Position numbers and translations under genes: made by a program
The notes under the pieces: generated by a model
The model's database searches: none
Seen by the model: only the letters and a program-made list of their open reading frames with translations
Told to the model about the DNA's origin: nothing
From: Candidatus Eiseniibacteriota bacterium
Lineage (GTDB): Bacteria > Eisenbacteria > RBG-16-71-46 > CAVPCR01
Reading direction: 5' to 3'
NCBI GenBank assembly: GCA_963823555.1
Contig: CAWGMA010000001.1
Span: 32,001-96,000, forward strand
DNA length: 64,000 nucleotides
Part shown: one piece after another, positions 10,508 through 20,238 of the stretch
Layout: each line of letters begins with the position of its first letter
How positions within the stretch are numbered: position 1 is the first letter of the stretch

Positions 10508-13500
10508 CTAGCGCACGAGCGTCATCTGACGCACCTGCATGAAGTCGCCGGTCTCGAGCCGCATGAAGTAGATGCCCGAGGCGGCGGCCCTTCCATCCAC
10601 TGTGCGGCCATCCCAGGCCATCTCGTGCGTGCCGGCTTCGACCACTCCGTCCACGAGCGTGCGCACCAGCCGCCCCGAAACGTCGTAGATGCGGAGCGAG
10701 GCCGGTCCGTTCTCGGCAATCCGGAAGCTGATCGTCGTTCGTGGGTTGAACGGATTCGGCCGGCATGGCTCCAGGCCGCTCTGGCGCAGCACCTCCGGGG
10801 AATCGAGAGCCAATGGCGTGTTGTCCTGATTGACCGGCAGGAACTTGATGGCGCGACCGGTGGTCACCGTGGCGGCGCCCAGCGGATAGCGGTTGAAGTA
10901 GGTGTAGAGGAGGCCTTCGGTGTTGGTCTCGTTCTCGATCCCGACCGTGGCGTACCCATCCGTGCCGTCCGTGCTCACCGCCTGGTTGTACTGGAAGATG
11001 ATGATCCCGTCACCGGTATCGGTCGGGTGGTAGGCCGGGTCATACAGGATTGCCTCGAAGGTCTCGATGTGACCGCCGACGAGGTTCCTGAAGCGGCTCC
11101 ACTCGACGATCCAGCGATGATTGACCGCGTCGTACTTCTGGAAGCACTTGGAGGTGCCGGAGAGCTGGTAAAGCTCGTCCCAGAAGACGGCCAGCATCGC
11201 CGCCGGTCCGCCGGCGCCGGGAATCGTCCAGTTGCGGTAGCTCGTCAGATAGGTCTCGCCCATCGAGAGCCAGCCGTTGGAGCAGATCGTCGCCCTGGTG
11301 TAGTCCTGGCCGTAGTACTGGAAGGTGAACGGCATATCGACGATCCGCGACCTGTCCTGCGTGTCGCCGTAGTCGCCGAGCACGACCTCCGTGCCGTCGC
11401 CACCATAGGCCGGATCCAGCTCGACCCAGCTATAGGTGGGGGCCTCCGGATAGCTGGTGTCGGTGTTGTCGAAGGCGTAGTAGCCGTAGGAGTCGGGACC
11501 GACCGGATCGGTGGTGGCCCGCGCACCGACCGTGAGTGCCAGCATCGTGGTGTCGGTGACCCCACCCGAGAACTGGATGATCAACATGAAGTTGGCGAGA
11601 TGGCCGCCGTAGGTGTTCGAGGCCGCGGTGAGCGTGAAGCGATCCCCGGCGTTGTTGCCGTTGCCGCCGGCCGGGATGGCGCCGAAGCTTCCATTCGGGT
11701 CCGTGACCGTGATGAAGCGGGAGAACGGCACCAGGGTGCCGGTCACCGCGTCAGCCGCCATGCCGCCGTCATTGTTGAGGACGAGGCTCATCTCCACGGT
11801 CTCACCCGGATCGAGCCGCCCGTTGCCCGAGTTGTAGAGGGTGATCAATCCTGCCGTGAGATCGGCCGAGACCACCGTGAGGTCGATGAGCGAGTGGAAC
11901 TGGCCCTCGGTTGCGGTCACGTCGAGCCCGAACCGGATCACGTGACCATCGGGACAGCCGGGAGCGACCTCGAAGTCGAAGTCATCGACCGTCCAGGCCG
12001 AGTTGCCAGCGAGGATATTGGGAAAGGTCTCGTTGCCGTCGGTGATCGTGACGTACGGATCGCTCGAGGTGAGCGTCGCGCTGATCGCAGTGGCCGGTGC
12101 GGAGCCCCAGTTGTGCACCTGGGTCTTGAGCCCGATGGCCTCGCCGGGATTCACGACGCCATCGCCGGAGCCCGTTGCGTCATTGATGAGTGATGAGAGA
12201 TAGCCGACATGGACGTTCGAAGCACCGACGGAGATCGTCGCCATGTATGGCTGCACATCGTGCTTGGTCACGGTCAACTGCATGCTGCCGTTTGTTGCCG
12301 TGTTGATCGGCAGCTCGACGCGTCCTTGCGCGTCGGTGTAGCCGACGGCATAGGTCTCCGTGCCCTTGGCCAGGCACACCTGCGCCCCCTCGACGGGAGA
12401 ACCTCCTGATGCCACTTCGATAGCCGCGGCATTGGCGCCGATGGCGATCGTCGCCGGATGCGTCACGGCCAGCGGCTCGGGGAAGGCGGTCCACACGTCC
12501 ACCGCCGGATCGCCCATCAGATTAGGCCAGTAGGCGTAGATCTCCGCCCAGTTCGGCAGCACCGTGTAGTAGTTGAGGAAGTTCTCCATCTTGCCGCGGG
12601 TGAGCGCGGCGCCCATGGTGTTGAGACGATCCTCGATGAGCCCATGCATCGTCCCGAAGAAGAGGCAGTTGTTGTAGCGGGTATGAGTGCCGAGGGTGGC
12701 GAGGCCGATGGCGCCGATGGCGCCCTTGGGCTGATCGACCCCGACCCCCGCTCGCAGGAAGCCCTCGGAGCGCGCGGTCGAGCTGGCGAAGGAACCGGTG
12801 CCACAGGTTATGATGGCGGCGAACGGCATCTTCCAGCCGTTGGTGAGCTGGTAGGTGTTGGCGTTCGACCAGCCGCTCATGCCGACCCACCCGCGGTAGC
12901 CGATGATGGCATCGCCGCGGTTGAACGCGGTCGTCATCTGGCTCACGTAGGGCGATGTGAACACGGTATCGACCGCAGTGAACCCGATTTCCATGAGCCC
13001 GGTCTTCAACCACTGCATGCACTCGATGGTGCTCGGGCCCGAGCTCGCGGGGTCACCCACCCCGCAGGCGCGGGTGAACCAGGTCGGGTCCTGGATGTAG
13101 GGCTGGCTCTCGTAGTTGACGGTCTTGTTGACGATGAGTAGCAGCTCGGTGAGCGAGCTGAAGGAGAGCCGGCCGATGTGGGCATCGCCGAGGATGTCGT
13201 TGCCGGCGAGCGTCGTGTAGGGGTGATCGCCCTCGCCGTTGTAGCCGCTCAGGTTCTCGTACCAGGTCGGTATCGAGTAGGGGGCCTGGGCGTCCCCGGC
13301 GAGGACCACGTACTCGGGAGGCACCGGCCAGTTGTTGAAGGCGTTCTGGATGTAGGCCTTGATCTGCGTGTTCTGCGTTCCGGTTTCGGCCGTCGTGGCA
13401 ACAACGGCCGGGCTCCCCTTGCGCTGCCGCCAGGCGACCAGGTGCGAGAGGCGATTGGTGACCGCGGTGTCGCTGGGGCAGATCACGAGCCACGTGCCCG

Positions 13501-14197
13501 GAGCGACCGTGGCCCCGAGAGCCTCGGCTCCCGGATAGTTGATCACGAGGCTCCGGTAGAGACGATCGAAGCTCGGAGGAATGGTGCTATGCCGGACCGG
13601 GCGCGAATTGGTTGCATTGTCGCCAGTGAACTCGATCGTGACGTCCATCTCGCGGGTCACGGCGAGCGTTGCCGCCGCCGGGTCATAGTGGACCGGCTGG
13701 AAGGTGACGGCGACCACGCGCAGATCGCGCAGGATCATGGGCTCGCTGACGAGGACATCCGCCGCGGTCTCGTAACCGTCGCGCGCATAGGCTGCTGGAT
13801 CGTAGGCGAAGGCGCTGCCGTCACCATCCTGAAGGGGGGCGAGACGGATCCCGGTCCATTGCTCCCGCTCCTTGGAGACGGCGTGGGCCACCACATCCAT
13901 GCCATCGGGCACCGCGACGAGTCGGGTGAAGGTGGGAACGGCCGGCGCGCCGACCTCCCCCTTCAGTCCGCCGCCCTCGAACTGGGCAACGTGGAATTCG
14001 CGACCATCCACCATGACGCTCTCGACTGCGAAGTCGGGCAGCCCGACGGTGAGGATCACGCCGCGGTCGTCGGCCCTCTGAACCTCGAGCACGGGGGAAA
14101 CGGCTTTGGGCTCATGGTTTGCGGCCTGGACGGGGTGGGTGACGAGCAGGGCGGCGAGCAGGCTCAGGGCGAACCCGGCGGATGCGATGCCACGCAT
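10508..14197 (-). CDS. Gingipain-like C25 family protein (propeptide, C25, Ig-like, NIDO-like domain, FlgD-Ig CTD); His-site variant YRGW
   Basis: Signal peptide; propeptide (GAPAVP, RDLRV); YVVLAGD, GDHPY, HIGRLS, GAIGAIG, NLMGDPAV; CTD PNPFNPRTTISF...WDGR...SGIYF. Confidence 0.88.
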   Translation of the reverse strand: MRGIASAGFALSLLAALLVTHPVQAANHEPKAVSPVLEVQRADDRGVILTVGLPDFAVESVMVDGREFHVAQFEGGGLKGEVGAPAVPTFTRLVAVPDGMDVVAHAVSKEREQWTGIRLAPLQDGDGSAFAYDPAAYARDGYETAADVLVSEPMILRDLRVVAVTFQPVHYDPAAATLAVTREMDVTIEFTGDNATNSRPVRHSTIPPSFDRLYRSLVINYPGAEALGATVAPGTWLVICPSDTAVTNRLSHLVAWRQRKGSPAVVATTAETGTQNTQIKAYIQNAFNNWPVPPEYVVLAGDAQAPYSIPTWYENLSGYNGEGDHPYTTLAGNDILGDAHIGRLSFSSLTELLLIVNKTVNYESQPYIQDPTWFTRACGVGDPASSGPSTIECMQWLKTGLMEIGFTAVDTVFTSPYVSQMTTAFNRGDAIIGYRGWVGMSGWSNANTYQLTNGWKMPFAAIITCGTGSFASSTARSEGFLRAGVGVDQPKGAIGAIGLATLGTHTRYNNCLFFGTMHGLIEDRLNTMGAALTRGKMENFLNYYTVLPNWAEIYAYWPNLMGDPAVDVWTAFPEPLAVTHPATIAIGANAAAIEVASGGSPVEGAQVCLAKGTETYAVGYTDAQGRVELPINTATNGSMQLTVTKHDVQPYMATISVGASNVHVGYLSSLINDATGSGDGVVNPGEAIGLKTQVHNWGSAPATAISATLTSSDPYVTITDGNETFPNILAGNSAWTVDDFDFEVAPGCPDGHVIRFGLDVTATEGQFHSLIDLTVVSADLTAGLITLYNSGNGRLDPGETVEMSLVLNNDGGMAADAVTGTLVPFSRFITVTDPNGSFGAIPAGGNGNNAGDRFTLTAASNTYGGHLANFMLIIQFSGGVTDTTMLALTVGARATTDPVGPDSYGYYAFDNTDTSYPEAPTYSWVELDPAYGGDGTEVVLGDYGDTQDRSRIVDMPFTFQYYGQDYTRATICSNGWLSMGETYLTSYRNWTIPGAGGPAAMLAVFWDELYQLSGTSKCFQKYDAVNHRWIVEWSRFRNLVGGHIETFEAILYDPAYHPTDTGDGIIIFQYNQAVSTDGTDGYATVGIENETNTEGLLYTYFNRYPLGAATVTTGRAIKFLPVNQDNTPLALDSPEVLRQSGLEPCRPNPFNPRTTISFRIAENGPASLRIYDVSGRLVRTLVDGVVEAGTHEMAWDGRTVDGRAAASGIYFMRLETGDFMQVRQMTLVR

Positions 14198-14330
14198 GGA
14201 CTTCCTCCGGCGAGGTGGGGGTCGGCTCGTTGGCGGCGCGAAACGTGAAACGGCCGTTGAAGGCCAAGACTATTATGGCGCAACCGGCGGTGCCACGCGT
14301 GGCGAAAGTGGTCTGGAATGGACATTCTTT

Positions 14331-14360
14331 TTGAGACTGGTTCTCAAGTGCAATCTCAAG
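14331..14360. promoter_or_regulatory. Palindromic operator candidate in the divergent promoter region
   Basis: TTGAGA-ctggt-TCTCAA (14331-14347) plus a second TCTCAAG 12 bp downstream, in an AT-richer intergenic stretch. Confidence 0.4.
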
Positions 14361-14613
14361 AGCCCGACTCTGCCTGCAATCGAGGTGGAAGATTTCGCGC
14401 TTTCGCTCGTCGCTGAGGCTGGCATGCATATAGAATGAAATGTGGGCCGTGGGGCCCGGGCCGGAAGCCGGCGCTGCGGTGAGGCCGATCTCGAGCTGTG
14501 GCTGGGCTTTGGATCCGACTCGACTCGAGACCCTGACCTCGGTGCTGGATCCGGCATGTATTTTGAACCGAGCCCAGCAACATTTGAGAGTGCCATCCGC
14601 AGGGGGTTGTGCG

Positions 14614-16269
14614 ATGAGAACCGCTCCGGGCCTCTGGACCCTCGTCCTCGCCGCCGTCGTTGCCGCCATGGTCGTCGTCCCCGCCGGGGCAACGACGCTC
14701 CATGTGCCTGCTCAGTATCCGATCATCCAGGATGCCGTCAACGCCGCCCAGGCCGGGGACACGGTGCTTGTCGCTCCCGGAACGTTCACCCACGTGCGCC
14801 AGCCACCTGGCGCCGACTCTTGCGCCGTCTTCATGAAGTCGGGCGTCACGCTCCGGGGATCGGGTCGCGGCCAGACCATCATCGATCCGCAGTTGCTTGC
14901 TCGCGGCATCTTCTGTCGGAACGTGGTCAACGCCCGGATCGAACGGCTCACCATCAAGCGTGCCTTTGGCCAGATCCACGGGGCAGGCATCTTCTGCGAG
15001 CAATCGTCCTCACCCGTCATCCGCGATGTTGAGGTCACGCTCTGCGAGGATGGTGGGATCATCTGCCTCAACTCGAGTCCTACCATCGAAGGGTGCTTCA
15101 TCACCGACAACATCTCCAAGCAAGGCGGCGGGCTAGCCATCGAGGATAGCTCCTCACCGCAGGTGATCGATTGCTCGATCCTGCGCAATTCCGCCCCCGC
15201 GGGCGGCGGCCTCTTCGTGCGGGCCGCCTCGGCGCCGACGCTGACGCGCTGCCTCATCAAGGACAACACACTCAGCACCGTGAACGGCGCCGGGGGCGGG
15301 GTGGGCATCGTCTCGGCCAGTCTGACCATCTCCGACTCGCAGATCGAGAACAACACGGCGACCGGACCTGGTGGGGGGTTCGCCGTCATCGACAACGCAA
15401 CGCTCAATGCCACCCGGTGCGACATCATGGGCAACGACACGACCGATGATTACGGCCCCGGGGGCGGTATCTACTGCGAGTTCGCTAGCATGACGCTCGA
15501 TCGGTGCCTCATCGTCCGTAACACGGCCCCGGGGGCGGACTCCGACGGCGGGGGGATCATCGCCTTCTTCGCCGTGGACGTCATGATCAATGAGTGCACG
15601 ATCGCGGCCAACGGCACCAGTGCCCAGGCTCTTGGTGGCGGAATCACCTGCATCACCTCGTCGCCGACCATCCAGAGCTCGATCATCGCCTTCAACAATC
15701 CGGGTAAGGCAATGTACTGCACGGACGGCTCCAGCACGCCCGTCGTGTCGTGCTCGGATCTGTTCGGCAATCAGGGCGGGAATCAGATCTGCGGCACGGA
15801 TGCTGGTAATAACTTCTCGCTCGACCCACGCTTCTGCAACCTGGCTCAGAACGACTTCGCCCTTCATGTCGATTCGCCCTGCCTCGACAACCAGCATCCG
15901 AGCGGAGCGCCGTGCGGTCAGATAGGGGCGCGAGCGCTTGGAACCTGCGACGGCATCGGCATCGCCGACGAGGAAGCAGCACCGCGTGGGTTCCTCCTTC
16001 GCCATCATGCCGTTCCCAATCCGTTCAGTACGGCGACGGCGATCACTTTCGAGCTGACGCGGTCCGAGCGCCTTTCGATCGCCATCTTCGATGTCGACGG
16101 GCGGTTGGTGCGGCTGCTCGCCGATGACACGTTCGTTGCCGGGGGGCATGCACTCCGGTGGGACGGCCGGGACGGCAGCGGGCGAGCGGCGGCGAGCGGG
16201 GTCTATTACTACCGGCTTGGAGGCGAGGGCTTGAGAGGACAGACAGGCCGGATGGTTCTTACGCGCTAG
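14614..16269 (+). CDS. Secreted right-handed parallel beta-helix protein with FlgD-Ig CTD
   Basis: Signal peptide, HVPAQYPIIQDAVNAAQAGDTVLVAPGTF, repeated N.A..GGG(I/L) units, N.SLDPRFC, and CTD PNPFSTAT...WDGRD...SGVYY. Confidence 0.85.
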   Translation: MRTAPGLWTLVLAAVVAAMVVVPAGATTLHVPAQYPIIQDAVNAAQAGDTVLVAPGTFTHVRQPPGADSCAVFMKSGVTLRGSGRGQTIIDPQLLARGIFCRNVVNARIERLTIKRAFGQIHGAGIFCEQSSSPVIRDVEVTLCEDGGIICLNSSPTIEGCFITDNISKQGGGLAIEDSSSPQVIDCSILRNSAPAGGGLFVRAASAPTLTRCLIKDNTLSTVNGAGGGVGIVSASLTISDSQIENNTATGPGGGFAVIDNATLNATRCDIMGNDTTDDYGPGGGIYCEFASMTLDRCLIVRNTAPGADSDGGGIIAFFAVDVMINECTIAANGTSAQALGGGITCITSSPTIQSSIIAFNNPGKAMYCTDGSSTPVVSCSDLFGNQGGNQICGTDAGNNFSLDPRFCNLAQNDFALHVDSPCLDNQHPSGAPCGQIGARALGTCDGIGIADEEAAPRGFLLRHHAVPNPFSTATAITFELTRSERLSIAIFDVDGRLVRLLADDTFVAGGHALRWDGRDGSGRAAASGVYYYRLGGEGLRGQTGRMVLTR

Positions 16270-16330
16270 CGGGTCTCCGACCCGCCGGGAAGGCCGCGAC
16301 GAGAATCGCTTTCGAGCGCGGAGGGGTAAC

Positions 16331-19300
16331 ATGCGCAACAGATGGAGCGGGGTCGCGTTCACTCTCGTCGGGGCCGGACTGGCGCTGGTTGCGGGCATCA
16401 CGGTCGGGCCGCCAGCCGCCGCCGCCGATGAGTCCGGCCCCGCGTCGGTGCGGATCCTGGTGGGGAGCGAGGCGACCGCTGGGCGTTTGTCGCTTCACCT
16501 GGACGTTGAGGCGGGGGCGACCATGCCCGCCCTCAAGCTCGTCGCGCTACCCGCGGGCTCGGCTGAGGCCGAGCTCTCGATCGGAGGAGACGCCGCGGGA
16601 CTCACGGTCCGAGCCGGGAGGCCGATGGTGCTCCGCGGGCTCCGCGTGCTGCCGCTTCTCGTCGAGGAACAGGCAGCCTCGGCCGGCAAGGCGGAGGCCC
16701 CGCATTCGCTGGACCTCGAGGTCCGCTACTCAGCGGCGAGCGCCGCCGCGCCATCGCGGGCGCTGGAGTACAGCGCCGGGTTCTTCTCGCCCTTCCTCGA
16801 TCTGCTCCCGGCAACACAGCGTGCGGCGCTCCAGAGCACGAGCGAGGGCGGCTACCTCATCATCACGGCCCCCGAGTTTCAGGCCACCCTCGACCCCCTC
16901 ATCGCCTGGAAGCGGGATGCGGGATTCGCGGTCACGGTCGTCACCACGCTCGAGACCGGGACCCGTAACGACCAGATCCGCGATTGGATTCGCAACTACT
17001 ACGCAGGTGCAGCGGTTCCTCCCCAGTACTTGCTTCTGGTAGGGGATGTCGACCGCCTACCGGGGTTCGACTATCACCAGAGCGTTTCCGATCACTCCTA
17101 CAGCCTCATCGACGGCGATGACTTCCTGCCTGACATTCAGGTCGGTCGCCTCTCGGCTCTCGGCACCCAGGACCTGGCCACCATCGTTGCCAAGATCGTG
17201 AACTACGAGAAGACACCGGACCGAAGTGATCCGGAGTGGTTCTCACGCGCCCTTCTCGTTGCCGGTAACTACAGCTCCTCGACGCCGGTTCCGGTCATGC
17301 GCTGGTGTCGCGACGAGCTCATGGCCCAGAGCTACGCGCAGGTCGATACGGTCTACTACCCGCCGCACTGGGCGACCGGACCGACCCTGATCCGTCCGAT
17401 CATCGACCGCGGCGTCTCGCTGGTCGCCTATCGGGGCTGGGCATACGGCTGGCAGGGCTGGGAACCGCCCAAGTTCACCGTGGAACACATCCCCGCGCTG
17501 GCCAATGGCTGGCGGCTGCCCGTCGTGATGAGCTTCGTCTGTCTGAACGGTGATTTCACCGAGCCCGAGTGCTTCGGTGAGGCCTGGATTCGCTCGGGAA
17601 CCGTCGACGCGCCCAAGGGGGCGGTGGGATTCATCGGCAACAGCGAGCACTGGTCGCACACGCGCTTCAACGATGCCGCGGCGATCGGCGTTTTCACCGC
17701 CTTCGGTGACGGCGAGCGCGCCCTCGGTAACCTGCTGAATGCGGCCAAGTTCGGTATCATGACCCAGTTTCCGGACATCCTCGAGTTCGAGGAGTACGGT
17801 GAGGAGTCGGTCGAGTTCTACTTCCATATCTACAGTCTGCTCGGTGACCCCTCGCTCGAGATCTGGAGCACGGAGCCCGATTCGGCCGTCGTCACGCATG
17901 CGACGGCGATCCCGCGCGGTGCGAACCTCTTCGAGGTGAGTGTGGAGCGTGCCGCGGACGGCACGCCGGTGGCTGGCGCGCGTGTGGGTCTCGTCCAGGA
18001 CGGGATCCTCCTCGGATCGGCCCGGAGCGACGAGAGTGGTGTGGCCAGAGTCTCCGCCGTCTTCGAGCGCGCCGACGTGCCGGTCACGGTCACGGTCAGC
18101 GGTGCCGGGCTCTTGCCGGTCACGGCCAGCGTTCCGGTGGTCGAGGGGGGCCCGTACCTCGCGCTTGCGGGCATCGCCATTCGCGACGACGGTACGGGCG
18201 GCAGCCAGGGCAACGCCGACGGCGAAGTGAACCCGGGAGAGACGATCGCGCTCGAAGCCACGCTCGAGAATCGCGGAGCGACGGCAGCGCCAGCGGGCAC
18301 CGCCACCCTGACTGTCTTGGCGGGGGCGGAGGTCACGACCGGTACAGCGAGCTTCCCGGCGATCGCGAGCGGCGCGAGTGTCGCGACCGCGCCATTCATC
18401 GTCACCGTCGCCGCCGATGCCGAGGACGGACTCAGTCCTGGCTTCCGGCTCAACGCGTTCTCCGGAGCCGATTCCTCGGTGTCCGGTCTCTCGCTGGTGA
18501 TCAAGGCGCCGGCCCTGCGTCATACCGGCCACACGATCGGCGGTGACGGGGTGGCTTCGCCGGGGGACACGGTCGCAGTTCTCGTCACCGTTCAGAACGA
18601 CGGAGCGCTTGCCGCTTCCGTGTCCACGGGGACCCTGCGCGCGCTCGATCCGGCCGTCGCCACGGTCGAGGATTCAACGGCCTCTTTCCCCGCGCTGGCT
18701 TCCGGGGCCGCGGGCGAGTCGCTCGTGCCGTTCTCCATCATCCCCGCGTCCGATGCGCCCAGGGGCCAGACGGCCAGCTTCGTCCTCGAGCTCAGGACCG
18801 CTGAGGGTTACACGAGCCGGACGACTTTCGGGGTGCGCCTCGGCCCGGTCGATCATCGTGCCCCGCTCGGACCCGATGCCTACGGTTACCATGCGGTCGA
18901 CAATACGGATACCGATTATCCGAACGTGACGCCGGTCTACGAGTGGGTACCCTGCTCGCCGGTTTACGGCGGGTCCGGAACCAGACTCGATCTCGGCGAC
19001 AACACCTCGGTTGTCGTCGGGTTGCCCTTCGATTTCACCTTCTATGGTCGGACCTATCGACGTCTCCTCGTCTCCGACAACGGCTGGGCGGCGTTCGACA
19101 CCACGGCGACCTACGACTATTACAACTGGAGCATGCCCAATCCCTACAACAACGGCGCCATGATCGCACCCTTCTGGGACAACCTCGATCCCGAGAAGGC
19201 TCACGACGGCGTTCGAGTGGGAGACGGGATCTATGTCTTCCACGATACGGCGAGGCACCGTTATGTGATCGAGTGGAGCCGGCTCGGCAACTTCTTCTCG

Positions 19301-20149
19301 CAGCATCCCAATCACGAGGACTACGACGACCTGCAGACCTTCGAGTTGATCCTCTTCGATCCCGCGGCCTATCCGACACCGACCGGCGATGGTCTCATCC
19401 GGTTCCAGTACAAGCAGGTCTTCAACAACGATGACACGCGCATGTACTCGACGGTGGGCATCGAGAACGAGGACGAGGATGTGGGGCTCGAGTACTCCTA
19501 CACCAACCTCTACCCGGATACCGCAGCCCCGCTGTCGGCCGGACTGGCGATCGACTTCACGACCGCAGCGCCGCTCTACTCGCCGTTCCGCCTCGCCGCG
19601 TTCAGCGCCCAAGCAGCGGGCGGTGGTGTCGCGCTCTCCTGGCAGCCCGTGGACGAACGGCCCCGATCCGGCTATCGCGTCTACCGGTCCGGAGACGAGG
19701 GGGCCCGGAGGCTCCTCCCGGATGCGGTGCTCGGGGGCGATGCGCGCGGGTTCTTGGACTCGACCGCCGATCCGGATTCGGCAGCCACCTACTGGATCGG
19801 GTCGCTCGATCCTGTCGGCCATGAAAGTCTGCTCGGGCCCTTCGCCTACCCCGGCCGGGGAGCGGCACCCCGAGCTCTCGAGTTCGCCGTTTCCGGACAG
19901 AACCCATTTGCTGCGATGGCCCGTCTCACCCTGGCCTTGCCTGGGCGTGAGCAGGCGAGCGTCCGCATTTACTCGGTCACGGGTCGCCTGGTGCGCACGC
20001 TGGACGCCGGGTTCCTCGAGGCGGGAATCTGGACTCTCGAATGGAATGGTCGAGATGAGTCTGGTCGCGAGCTCCCGAGCGGCGTCTATGTCGCCCGACT
20101 CGAGGCAGGCCTGGAAGAGCGCGAGGCCAAGCTCGTGCTCATTCGCTGA
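16331..20149 (+). CDS. Gingipain-like C25 family protein (paralog of 10508-14197) with FlgD-Ig CTD; His-site variant YRGW
   Basis: YLIIT, YLLLVGD, SDHSY, QVGRLS, FVCLNGDF, CFGEAW, GAVGFIG, LLGDPSL; NIDO-like segment; CTD QNPF...WNGRD...SGVY. Confidence 0.88.
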   Translation: MRNRWSGVAFTLVGAGLALVAGITVGPPAAAADESGPASVRILVGSEATAGRLSLHLDVEAGATMPALKLVALPAGSAEAELSIGGDAAGLTVRAGRPMVLRGLRVLPLLVEEQAASAGKAEAPHSLDLEVRYSAASAAAPSRALEYSAGFFSPFLDLLPATQRAALQSTSEGGYLIITAPEFQATLDPLIAWKRDAGFAVTVVTTLETGTRNDQIRDWIRNYYAGAAVPPQYLLLVGDVDRLPGFDYHQSVSDHSYSLIDGDDFLPDIQVGRLSALGTQDLATIVAKIVNYEKTPDRSDPEWFSRALLVAGNYSSSTPVPVMRWCRDELMAQSYAQVDTVYYPPHWATGPTLIRPIIDRGVSLVAYRGWAYGWQGWEPPKFTVEHIPALANGWRLPVVMSFVCLNGDFTEPECFGEAWIRSGTVDAPKGAVGFIGNSEHWSHTRFNDAAAIGVFTAFGDGERALGNLLNAAKFGIMTQFPDILEFEEYGEESVEFYFHIYSLLGDPSLEIWSTEPDSAVVTHATAIPRGANLFEVSVERAADGTPVAGARVGLVQDGILLGSARSDESGVARVSAVFERADVPVTVTVSGAGLLPVTASVPVVEGGPYLALAGIAIRDDGTGGSQGNADGEVNPGETIALEATLENRGATAAPAGTATLTVLAGAEVTTGTASFPAIASGASVATAPFIVTVAADAEDGLSPGFRLNAFSGADSSVSGLSLVIKAPALRHTGHTIGGDGVASPGDTVAVLVTVQNDGALAASVSTGTLRALDPAVATVEDSTASFPALASGAAGESLVPFSIIPASDAPRGQTASFVLELRTAEGYTSRTTFGVRLGPVDHRAPLGPDAYGYHAVDNTDTDYPNVTPVYEWVPCSPVYGGSGTRLDLGDNTSVVVGLPFDFTFYGRTYRRLLVSDNGWAAFDTTATYDYYNWSMPNPYNNGAMIAPFWDNLDPEKAHDGVRVGDGIYVFHDTARHRYVIEWSRLGNFFSQHPNHEDYDDLQTFELILFDPAAYPTPTGDGLIRFQYKQVFNNDDTRMYSTVGIENEDEDVGLEYSYTNLYPDTAAPLSAGLAIDFTTAAPLYSPFRLAAFSAQAAGGGVALSWQPVDERPRSGYRVYRSGDEGARRLLPDAVLGGDARGFLDSTADPDSAATYWIGSLDPVGHESLLGPFAYPGRGAAPRALEFAVSGQNPFAAMARLTLALPGREQASVRIYSVTGRLVRTLDAGFLEAGIWTLEWNGRDESGRELPSGVYVARLEAGLEEREAKLVLIR

Positions 20150-20238
20150 CGGCAGCGTCGTACGGCAGGAAAGAAGCAAGACTGGTGCGGAGCGCAGTGA
20201 GTCAAACGAGCAGGCGAGGACCGGGCCGAAGGCTTGAG

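Noticed and set aside
3060..12193. Long plus-strand ORFs (e.g. 3060-4607, 4289-6484, 7085-8620, 10436-12193) and similar ones elsewhere
   Set aside because: Typical high-GC antisense or alternate-frame ORFs opposite well-supported genes, with no motifs.
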